Positions 1 to 7,481 of a DNA stretch of 19,665 bases are shown here, one piece after another. This DNA is from a virus. Taxonomy: Duplodnaviria > Heunggongvirae > Uroviricota > Caudoviricetes. Position 1 is the first letter of the stretch. Each line of letters starts with the position of its first letter. Under the pieces are notes generated by a model that was not told the DNA's origin, did not search any database, and saw only the letters and a program-made list of their open reading frames with translations. The position numbers and the translations under genes are program-made. Location: IMG/VR virus record IMGVR_UViG_2740892322_000001, positions 1 through 19,665 of that record; one strand, written 5' to 3'.

Positions 1-260
1 AATTTCCCTTTGCATACCAGGGCAAAACCTTTCCAGCCGATATACACCGTCAGGACAGCGCCACGAACCGGCAGCCCGACCTGCCCGTCGGCATCGTTCA
101 GTTCAATATCAAGCTGGTCAGCCTCAAAGCCCCGGTTATCCGTCAGGGTCATACTCATCAGACGGTCGCTGATATTGCCGGTAATATCCCTGCTGTCGAG
201 CATCAGCATGTAATCCGGCGTCAGCGTACTGCCTGCATCAAATGTCAGCGTATCCAGCAT
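1..260 (-). CDS. D: P2 gpD-like tail protein, N-terminal part only; gene runs off the left edge of the window
   Basis: Hand translation of the minus strand from ATG at 258-260 gives MLDTLTFDAGSTLTPDYMLMLDSRDITGNISDRLMSMTLTDNRGFEADQLDIELNDADGQVGLPVRGAVLTVYIGWKGFALVCKGK, recalled as the gpD N-terminus. The start overlaps the U stop (TAATG). Not in the ORF track because it has no stop in the window. Confidence 0.8.
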   Translation of the reverse strand, partial: MLDTLTFDAGSTLTPDYMLMLDSRDITGNISDRLMSMTLTDNRGFEADQLDIELNDADGQVGLPVRGAVLTVYIGWKGFALVCKGK

Positions 261-561
261 TATCCCGCCCCCGTCATACCTGTGAATCTGGTCGCCATAC
301 TGCCAGCCTTACCGATGAGCGACTCCGCCTGTTTACCGATATCGCCATAAAGCGCGGCCAGTGATTCATCAACGCGGGTGAGCGACAGCGTAAAATCAAT
401 TTTCCGGGGTGTGCCGTCTGCAAAGAAAATCCGAGAAACTGGTAGGCATCCCGTTTACCGATACGGGAATTTGACGGCCAGCGATAATCTGATTCACGCT
501 GCATGGTCTGGTGTGGCAGCGTCTGGCGCATAAAAACAAACATACCTAACGCGAGCATCAT
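261..561 (-). pseudogene. U: gpU-like tail protein, frame-disrupted: N-terminal 44 aa in one frame, C-terminal ~57 aa in another, about 60 codons missing relative to P2 gpU
   Basis: ATGATG start at 556-561 with strong SD AAGGAGGTGA. The track ORF 274..561 reads gpU-like to ...YQFLG, then turns Arg/Ser/Cys-rich with rare codons. A different frame reads IFFADGTPRKIDFTLSLTRVDESLAALYGDIGKQAESLIGKAGSMATRFTGMTGAG with common codons, ending at TAA 261-263 overlapping the D start. P2 gpU recalled as ~159 aa. Confidence 0.55.
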
Positions 562-615
562 TTTTCGTCACCTCCTTAACCGTCATGCATCATGCTGGCA
601 CGGGCGCGCGCACGT

Positions 616-2862
616 TTATCCCGCTCGTATTTTTCGAGCGCCACCGGTGCCATACGTGGCGGCATGAGTTCTGGCGGCGGTCTGGTCAAGTGTGTCTGAC
701 TCTTTGTTGATGACCCCGAGCTTTTCCAGTACCCAGTCAATGCCGCTGCGTAATTTGTTGAACGCATTAAGCGGCAGCATCAGCGCGTCAGCCAGTGCCT
801 GCCCGAACATGACGCCCGTGTCACGGCAACGGTTCAGGGTGTCCTGGGTGGCTTTGACCGGTGCAATCAGGTTTTTAAACCACTGCCACGCGGCCTGTAA
901 CTTTTCGCCCAGCCAGTCAAACACCGGCTTAAGTGGCGTGAACAGTTCTCCCACCGGAGCAAATGCCGCTTTCAGCCCTTCCACCACACCGCCAAAGAAT
1001 GCGCTGACAGGCTCCCAGTATTTACGGATAAGCAACGCCCCGGCGACAATGGCAGCCACCACGGCCACAACCGGCCAGCTAATCGCCCCGATGGCCGTCA
1101 TAACGGCACTACCAACCGTCGTGAAGATTGCCCCCATTGCGCCTGCTGCCGCGATGATGGCATTGATGCCGGTGATAACCGGCCAGGCCACGAGGCCAAT
1201 GGCACCGATGATGCCAGTAAGCGCCAGTGCGCCACCGGCAATGAGACCAATGGTTGACGCCAGTGATTTGTTTTTCTGTATCCAGCCGTCGAGTTTTAAC
1301 ACATACTTTGTGGCCGTCTGCATGAGCTTACGCAGTGCGCCTTCCTGCTGGTCAAACAGGTCAGTCCCCACCGCCTCATAAGCGGACTGAAACTCCTTAA
1401 AGTCACCGCCGAGATTGTCCTGCATGATATTTACCAGCTCTGCGGTCTTCCCGTCTGAGGCTTTAAACGCAGCGGTCAGTTTGTCCAGCTTTCCGGTTGA
1501 GGCGGCAGTCATCAGCACGGCGGCGGCTGAGCTGGCCTCCTCCCCGAAAATGGTTTTCATGTATTCAGCCTGCTGGGCAGTACCGAGCCGGTTTTTCTCA
1601 AAACTGGCCTGCATTTCTTTCAGAATGGTAAATACTGGTCGGGTATTCCCTTTACTGTCTGAGGTTTTCACGCCAAGCTCTTTGAGTGCATCCCATGCTT
1701 TTCCCGTTGGTGCCTGCAGGCGACTTAACACGGCACGGCTTCCCGTCCCCGCCATTGAGCCTGTGATTTTTGCATCATGCAGCGCCCCGACCATTGCGGC
1801 GGTTTCTTCAATGCTGACACCGGCATTTTTTGCCACTGGTGCGGCATAGGTCAGCGCATCGCTCATGCCGTCAAAATCGGCGGCGGTTTTGTTCATCGTC
1901 ATGGAGAGAACATCCCCGATATGAGCGACCTTATCGTTTGAAAGCTGAAAGGCGGATTTCATCCCCATCAGCAGGGCGGCGTTTTCTTCCATCGTGCGGC
2001 GGTTCGCCAGTGCCATATTCAGCGTGACCGGCGTTGCCGCCTGAATGGCATCAACATCCCCACCGGCTTTCGCAATGATAATCTGTGCACCGGCTGCATC
2101 ATCCGCCGAGGCGGCAGTATTGTCACCGAGCTGGCGCGCCTGCTTGCGGAGTGCGGCCATTTCGGCGGAGTCTTTTGCCACACCTAGCACGGCCTGCAAT
2201 TCTGAGTTTTTCTGCGCAAACTCATAACCGGGCATCAGTAGCTTAACACCGGCCATCGTTCCCGCCGCCGCAATCCCCACACCGGCAGCGCCCACTGAGG
2301 CCATATTTCCGGCCAGTTCCTTTCCGGACTGATAACGCTGTTTTACTGCGTTAAGTTTTGCCTGTTGCGCACTGACACGCGCCAGCGCGTCGCGCTGACG
2401 GTTAAGCTGTGCGGTGGTTTCACTGATACGGTTTTTCAGTCCCTGCTCATCATGTGCAAGATTGCGGGTATTAATTCCCACAGCGGCCAGTTCCCGCTGC
2501 TGGCGTTTAACGGAATCCGTCAGGCGGTTATATTTCGCCTGTAAGTCCTCCGCCGCACGCTTTGCGGATTCCAGCACTTTCGCCTGAGCACGGGTCGGAC
2601 GTTCGGTGTTTTTAAACTGTGTGGCAAGGGCTTCGGCTTCCTGCCGAGCCTTTTCAAGTGCATGACCAGTCACGGCGAGCTGTGCACTGGTCTTGCGAAA
2701 TCCCTCAATACGGGATGCGTGACCGTTCAGCTCGCGCAGTGATTTTTGTGTGTCCCGGATATCCCCCGACAGCGACTTACTCGCTGTACGGATGGATTTA
2801 AACGGGCGGGATGCCTGGTCAACAGCCCTGAGCAATACCTGTAATTTTACATTGTTACTCAT
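616..2862 (-). CDS. T: tail tape measure protein (P2 gpT-like); C-terminal end probably frameshifted, see findings
   Basis: 748 aa ORF with coiled-coil Ala/Gln-rich N-terminal half and Gly/Ala-rich hydrophobic segments typical of tape measure proteins. Sits after E/E' as in P2. Start ATG 2860-2862 overlaps the E' stop. Confidence 0.85.
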   Translation of the reverse strand: MSNNVKLQVLLRAVDQASRPFKSIRTASKSLSGDIRDTQKSLRELNGHASRIEGFRKTSAQLAVTGHALEKARQEAEALATQFKNTERPTRAQAKVLESAKRAAEDLQAKYNRLTDSVKRQQRELAAVGINTRNLAHDEQGLKNRISETTAQLNRQRDALARVSAQQAKLNAVKQRYQSGKELAGNMASVGAAGVGIAAAGTMAGVKLLMPGYEFAQKNSELQAVLGVAKDSAEMAALRKQARQLGDNTAASADDAAGAQIIIAKAGGDVDAIQAATPVTLNMALANRRTMEENAALLMGMKSAFQLSNDKVAHIGDVLSMTMNKTAADFDGMSDALTYAAPVAKNAGVSIEETAAMVGALHDAKITGSMAGTGSRAVLSRLQAPTGKAWDALKELGVKTSDSKGNTRPVFTILKEMQASFEKNRLGTAQQAEYMKTIFGEEASSAAAVLMTAASTGKLDKLTAAFKASDGKTAELVNIMQDNLGGDFKEFQSAYEAVGTDLFDQQEGALRKLMQTATKYVLKLDGWIQKNKSLASTIGLIAGGALALTGIIGAIGLVAWPVITGINAIIAAAGAMGAIFTTVGSAVMTAIGAISWPVVAVVAAIVAGALLIRKYWEPVSAFFGGVVEGLKAAFAPVGELFTPLKPVFDWLGEKLQAAWQWFKNLIAPVKATQDTLNRCRDTGVMFGQALADALMLPLNAFNKLRSGIDWVLEKLGVINKESDTLDQTAARTHAATYGTGGARKIRAG

Positions 2863-3282
2863 TCGTGTTTCCGCTTCGCCGGAGCGCCTTTTCGCGCCAT
2901 GTGATGAGTTCGGTCAGGCTCATGGGATACAGTTCTGATGGCGGCCAGTGAAATATCACTGCCACATCCGCCATCAGGTCATCGACCGAGAGATTTTTCG
3001 GAAACGTCACTGCACCGAGTTCGGCGACAAAAAACCGACCACCTTACCGGCCAGCGCCACAAGGTCAGGCAGTTCCAGCGCGGCGACTTCCTGCTCGGTC
3101 AGCATCGGTGCCGTCATGCGCGGCAGCACCTTAATCAGTGCATCGACTTCGGAGTTTGCAACCGCAGCCAGACTGACACCGCGCAGCGTCCCGGCATTGG
3201 GTTTCATCAGCGTGACCTTTTCGATAACCTGCTCACCACGTTTGACCGGATTTTCCAGGGTAATGACATTTTCTTTGTTCAT
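2855..3282 (-). CDS. E+E': tail assembly chaperone gpE+E', made by programmed -1 ribosomal frameshift at 3028-3034
   Basis: Hand translation: after the slip the -1 frame reads VAELGAVTFPKNLSVDDLMADVAVIFHWPPSELYPMSLTELITWREKALRRSGNTNE and stops at TAA 2855-2857, overlapping the T start. Total about 142 aa, as recalled for P2 E+E'. Confidence 0.7.
3007..3282 (-). CDS. E: tail assembly chaperone gpE
   Basis: 91 aa, same length as P2 gpE. Contains the T_TTT_TTG slippery heptamer near its 3' end. Position between FII and T. Confidence 0.85.
   Translation of the reverse strand: MNKENVITLENPVKRGEQVIEKVTLMKPNAGTLRGVSLAAVANSEVDALIKVLPRMTAPMLTEQEVAALELPDLVALAGKVVGFLSPNSVQ
3028..3034 (-). promoter_or_regulatory. 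slippery heptamer T_TTT_TTG for the E/E' -1 frameshift
   Basis: Minus-strand codons GGT TTT TTG (G F L) in the E frame at 3036-3028; X_XXY_YYZ pattern characteristic of tail chaperone frameshift sites. Confidence 0.7.
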
Positions 3283-3338
3283 GGTTTTCTCACTTCTGAA
3301 TCAGGGTTAACCGGTCAGCCTGGCTGACCGGATGAAAA

Positions 3339-3857
3339 TCACAGGCCGATATTGCGGCGGTGTTGCTCCAGTCGGTCGACGCCGTTCACCTTCTCAATCA
3401 TGTTGATGGTGTCGATTTCGACCAGCTCCTTACCGTCCATCGTCAGCCGGAAATAGGTGCAGACCACGGAGATTTTCGACTCAGTGTCTTCTCCCTGTTT
3501 CCCCTCGCCGGTGTCGATTTCTTTCTGACGGCCACGCATGACCACCTCGACGGCCACCGTTTCGCCGGTATCGTCGCGCTGGTAAGAGCCTGCAAAACGA
3601 ATCGGCACGGCATCCACACCGGTTGCGGCGTAAAGCTCCCAGATAACCGAATCCGGGAAGCCCCCGAGCGACCACTCCATTGACAGCGCATCGTCATCAA
3701 GGCCGAGGTCTACCGGTGCGCTGCCGTTCATCCCCGCACCGCGATAGTTTTCGAGCTTACGGGTCAGTTTTGGCAGCGTGACGGACTTTGCAACGCCCTG
3801 ATAGCTGTAGCCGTTCAGAAAGACGTTCATTAACTTGAGTTTGCGCGGCATTGCCAT
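3339..3857 (-). CDS. FII: tail tube protein (P2 gpFII-like)
   Basis: 172 aa, same length as P2 FII, immediately downstream of the sheath gene. Confidence 0.9.
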   Translation of the reverse strand: MAMPRKLKLMNVFLNGYSYQGVAKSVTLPKLTRKLENYRGAGMNGSAPVDLGLDDDALSMEWSLGGFPDSVIWELYAATGVDAVPIRFAGSYQRDDTGETVAVEVVMRGRQKEIDTGEGKQGEDTESKISVVCTYFRLTMDGKELVEIDTINMIEKVNGVDRLEQHRRNIGL

Positions 3858-3869
3858 CGGTCAGGCTCC

Positions 3870-5060
3870 TTAATTGCTGTTAACCGAGGTGACCAGATTT
3901 GCCAGGTATTTATCGGTAATACGCTGGCGCAGGGTCAGGTTTTCAAGAGGAGGCACCGGGGTATAGTCGTAGTCGATATACAGTTTTCCGGCCTTGAGGG
4001 TTTCCGCATCGTTGGATTCTTCGCTGAACCAGCAGGTCGCATCCACGATATAGCCGTTTGTTTTCAGCTCACGGAATTTGGCATTAATGCCGTCAACGAT
4101 GTCGCGAATCAGCGTTGCGGTGATGGGCTTATCCACCGCCCACATGTGCGCCTCAGCCATCGTGTCGGCCAGCACCTGCGCGGTGCGGGTGTAGTTTTCA
4201 AAGAGGAACAGCGGGTCATCGGAGCAGGTACGGTTACCCCAGAAGCGGAAACCGTCGCGGCGAATCAGCGTTGTGACGCCTGACTCGTTAAGCAGGTCAG
4301 CATCGGTGCCGGACTCCTGCAAATCCCAGAATACAGAGGCGCTGATGCCGGTAACACCGTTCACCCCAACGTTGGACAGCGTTTTATGCCAGCCCTGCTC
4401 CTGGTCGATTTTAGCGCGCAGACCCAGCGCACGGGCGGTGGCATACGCGGTGGCGGTGGTACTGGTGACCGTATCCCATGCGAGGAAATCCGGCCAGATG
4501 ACCATCAGCTCACGCTGGCTGAAATTCTGGCGGTAGGCTTTCACCTCGGAAATGGTCTTACATCCCCATGCGCTGATATACCCGAAAGCACGCAGCTTCT
4601 GACAGACTGATGCCAGTGCAACAGCCACCTCTTTGGTGTCCAGTCCCGGCACGCCGAGAATACGCGGTTTAACACCAGTTACCGACTCCGCCGCCAGCAG
4701 GGCTTTCAGTCCGGTGTACTGACCGTTTTCGTCGGTGGTGCCGATGATATTGGAAACGGTCTGCGCGAGTTTCGTTTCCTCGTCGTCGCCGGTGCCGTCT
4801 TCCACACGCACGACAACGGTGACCGGTTTTGACTGGTCGGCGATAGCCTGCAACGATGCCGCCAGCGTGCCTTTTTTACCGGCCTTTGCAATCGCGCTCT
4901 GCACATTGGTAATCAGCACCGGTTTATTGAGGGGGAAGGTTTCCGCATCCGCATCGCTGGCCGTGCAGACCATGCCGACAATGGCGGTGGATACGGTGGA
5001 AATGACGCGGGTGCCGTCGTTAATCTCCAGCACCTGCACGCCATGATGATAGTCGCTCAT
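3870..5060 (-). CDS. FI: contractile tail sheath protein (P2 gpFI-like)
   Basis: 396 aa, same length as P2 FI. GGAG SD upstream of ATG at 5058-5060. Confidence 0.9.
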   Translation of the reverse strand: MSDYHHGVQVLEINDGTRVISTVSTAIVGMVCTASDADAETFPLNKPVLITNVQSAIAKAGKKGTLAASLQAIADQSKPVTVVVRVEDGTGDDEETKLAQTVSNIIGTTDENGQYTGLKALLAAESVTGVKPRILGVPGLDTKEVAVALASVCQKLRAFGYISAWGCKTISEVKAYRQNFSQRELMVIWPDFLAWDTVTSTTATAYATARALGLRAKIDQEQGWHKTLSNVGVNGVTGISASVFWDLQESGTDADLLNESGVTTLIRRDGFRFWGNRTCSDDPLFLFENYTRTAQVLADTMAEAHMWAVDKPITATLIRDIVDGINAKFRELKTNGYIVDATCWFSEESNDAETLKAGKLYIDYDYTPVPPLENLTLRQRITDKYLANLVTSVNSN

Positions 5061-5132
5061 CCGTTTAACTCCGTGGTTAATGGGTGCAACTATTTTCTGT
5101 TGGGCAGTGCATGAGACGCTATTTGACCTGGC

Positions 5133-5151
5133 TGGTCAGTGGATGAAACAA
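5133..5151 (-). promoter_or_regulatory. possible late promoter activator site upstream of FI (imperfect dyad TGGT-N11-ACAA; minus strand reads TGTTGT...)
   Basis: Dyad centred about 82 nt upstream of the FI ATG. Shares the TGTTGT half-site with the dyad upstream of V. P2 late promoters are recalled to carry a TGT-N12-ACA Ogr site near -55; the match here is imperfect. Confidence 0.25.
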
Positions 5152-5186
5152 CAGATAAAGAAAAGGCGGGCAATCAGCCCGCCCGT
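5151..5186 (-). terminator. rho-independent terminator downstream of the cargo gene, insulating it from the FI late operon
   Basis: Perfect 7-bp GC stem GGCGGGC / GCCCGCC (5165-5171, 5177-5183) with loop AATCA. On the minus strand it is followed by TTTTCTTTATC. Confidence 0.7.
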
Positions 5187-5494
5187 CCTGATTTGTACTC
5201 GCTCAGTTTCCAACTGACAATTTACGTAGCCAAAACGCTATCAGCTCTGACAGCCAGCTTTGAGCGAGTCGAAAAAGTTCATACCTTTCTGCTGGTGAAA
5301 GTTTAACTAACAGTTCAACCTATCAATTAATTGATGAACAGGTTGAGGCGTTTTTAATATCTCTGCGTCATCTGAGACGATTTTGCGCTACAGGATTTAC
5401 GGCTTATCTGGGGGCATTCTTGAGCCCTGACTCCTCTGAAAACATAATTAGGCCATACCTGTGACCTGCTCTTCGTTGGTAAGGTTAGCGAATA

Positions 5495-6604
5495 TTAATC
5501 TGAGTCCATTTTCCCAAACTCTGTCAGGCCGAAAACGGAGCTACCAGAAACATGAGCTTGTAAGCCCGCTTCCTGCATGTCACTTAATTCAACTTCTTGG
5601 CTATCCTCTAATCCGATAGAGAACATGGGATAGGCCCAGTTCCAATTCGGATCAGGAACCAAACTATTATTCTCTATCTTGAAAAAGCTGACCATGAGAT
5701 GATGCCTTCCCTGTATCGCCTCTTCATCATTGATGTTGACCAGTACACCAAAGTGCTTGTAGCCGGCTTGTCCATTCTCGAACATTTTTATCTTGGTGCC
5801 GTTTCTGAACATCCAAAAAGAATGATTTCCAGTGGAATCAGCGACCTGCAAGTTATCTTCGTCAATTTCCCAATTAAGATATTGTTTGATATCAGACTTT
5901 GGTTTGAGTTTTTCGTCATTACTAAACCATTGTATTGCCGGAAGTGGAAGGTGAAGACCTTCCGGCTGGGGAGGCTGACCTGCAGCAATGGAATGCATGA
6001 TCTCTGTCATTGATGGAAGCCCCATCAAATGCCATACATCATGGATATCCTTTTTAAGTATAAGAAGCCCTTTGGATACACCATCCGCGTAAGTTGACTT
6101 TAAGCGGACTAGTATGTCCTTGTTACCATCTTTGTCGAGGTCTTCAATGTTTACTGAAGAAGCCACAACCTCGTCGTCCCCTGCGTCTGGGATGATTGCC
6201 CAATACCCAATATCGTAGAATCCAGGTCTGCCAACCACCTTATCTATCAAACTCTGTCCAGAGGGCTCGAAGACCATCAGGAAACGGCTAAGGGCACCAT
6301 TTGTGCTCACAGTTCTTCCGTAGACTACAACGGAGTTTGAGGTGCTTAGATCGAGAGACTCGCTAGCCACTGAGTCAAACGCCACTGAGTCCAAATGTGT
6401 GGCAAGCTGCTGCTGGATGCACTCCCGAGCCATTTCAACTAATTTTTCGCGAACATCAGCAGATCGTATTGGCTGTGAAGTGAAATGGAAAAGCCCTACT
6501 GTAGCCGCTATGCCTATTATTCCCGAAATAACGGTACTTAGAACCTGCTCCTTTACCACTTTCACAACTTTCATCAATAGCTTCTTCAACTTCACTTCAG
6601 GCAC
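5495..6604 (-). CDS. hypothetical membrane-anchored protein, cargo gene at the Z/fun-equivalent locus; candidate anti-phage or superinfection-exclusion function
   Basis: 369 aa ORF from GTG 6602-6604. A more likely start is ATG 6572-6574 (MKVVKVVKEQ..., 359 aa) with a GAAG-type SD. Hydrophobic segment LSTVISGIIGIAATVGLFHF near the N-terminus. AT-rich relative to flanking late genes. No recognisable family by eye. Confidence 0.7.
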   Translation of the reverse strand: MPEVKLKKLLMKVVKVVKEQVLSTVISGIIGIAATVGLFHFTSQPIRSADVREKLVEMARECIQQQLATHLDSVAFDSVASESLDLSTSNSVVVYGRTVSTNGALSRFLMVFEPSGQSLIDKVVGRPGFYDIGYWAIIPDAGDDEVVASSVNIEDLDKDGNKDILVRLKSTYADGVSKGLLILKKDIHDVWHLMGLPSMTEIMHSIAAGQPPQPEGLHLPLPAIQWFSNDEKLKPKSDIKQYLNWEIDEDNLQVADSTGNHSFWMFRNGTKIKMFENGQAGYKHFGVLVNINDEEAIQGRHHLMVSFFKIENNSLVPDPNWNWAYPMFSIGLEDSQEVELSDMQEAGLQAHVSGSSVFGLTEFGKMDSD

Positions 6605-6902
6605 CTAAATACTATTAAACTTGTCATGGGAAAATCCGATTATTATTGTAGAGAACAACAAAAACTGGCCTCGATTTTAGAGTTTTTCCAGTATCTATTT
6701 TCCGACTCGTTCGGCGGTAATCCACCGTTATATTCATGAGGCCGGGGTGCACTATAATATTCAACTATATACTCTGTTTGTAGTGGCACATTAAATTTGG
6801 TGACAGATATGCATCACGTCCGCTCCTAGCACAGAGCGGACAGTCAGATTAGGTTTTACTCTGTGCCATAGATGAGTAATCTCACACCAGAGCTAATACG
6901 AT

Positions 6903-7481
6903 TTATTGCGGCATTTCAGGCCATTCTATATCCGGAGCATTTTCCGGCTGAACGCGATTAAGTAGCACACGGTATTTTTTCCAGTGTGTCAGGCTTAACT
7001 TTTCTTCCTCGGTAGCCATATCTAAATCGACAGCATCCTGCAGCATGGCAATGATTTCACCTGCATATGCAATCTGCTCTTTCTTCTGAGACTCAGCCGC
7101 TCTGACAAGTGCATCACGCTCTGCATTCTCATCATTCACCCACGCATTTCCGTTCCATTTCTGATAATCCCCCTCCGGGGAAATGGCTGTCACGTCTGGA
7201 GGTAATGCGCCAAGTTCAGAAATATAAATGGCTGCTCCCGTTTTCGTTTCGTAGACAGTCTTTCCGCGATGATCTTCCATCAACTCCCATTTCATTTCAT
7301 CTGCATTGAAAACGGCTGCATAACCAGCAGGAATATCAGGTGGTGCAATATCTGTACTGTTTGCAGGCAGGCCAGTATACGGCGGAATATATGCATCACT
7401 TTCGCCAATAAACTCATTGGTTCCATCAAGTAAATTGAAAACGCGGATAGTTTGTGCTTCTGCACTCATTCTGAAAGCCAT
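6903..7481 (-). CDS. G: tail fibre assembly chaperone (gpG / Tfa-like)
   Basis: 192 aa ORF immediately downstream of H with overlapping stop/start at 7481, as in the P2 H-G pair. P2 G recalled as 175 aa, so this is a variant chaperone matched to the variant H. Confidence 0.8.
   Translation of the reverse strand: MAFRMSAEAQTIRVFNLLDGTNEFIGESDAYIPPYTGLPANSTDIAPPDIPAGYAAVFNADEMKWELMEDHRGKTVYETKTGAAIYISELGALPPDVTAISPEGDYQKWNGNAWVNDENAERDALVRAAESQKKEQIAYAGEIIAMLQDAVDLDMATEEEKLSLTHWKKYRVLLNRVQPENAPDIEWPEMPQ

Noticed and set aside
10-213. 67 aa plus-strand ORF starting at TTG
   Set aside because: It lies antisense to the well-supported gpD N-terminal coding region and has a low-complexity Ser/Pro-rich product; a shadow ORF.
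692-2227. Plus-strand ORFs (692..1381, 1415..1849, 1830..2027, 2045..2227) with Ala/Ser/Pro-rich products
   Set aside because: All are antisense to the tape measure gene T, whose GC-rich Ala/Gly codons generate long open antisense frames. No SD and no recognisable sequence.
5699-6013. 104 aa plus-strand ORF inside the cargo gene region
   Set aside because: Antisense to the longer, SD-supported minus-strand cargo ORF. Cannot exclude it entirely, but it has no start context and lies wholly within the other gene.
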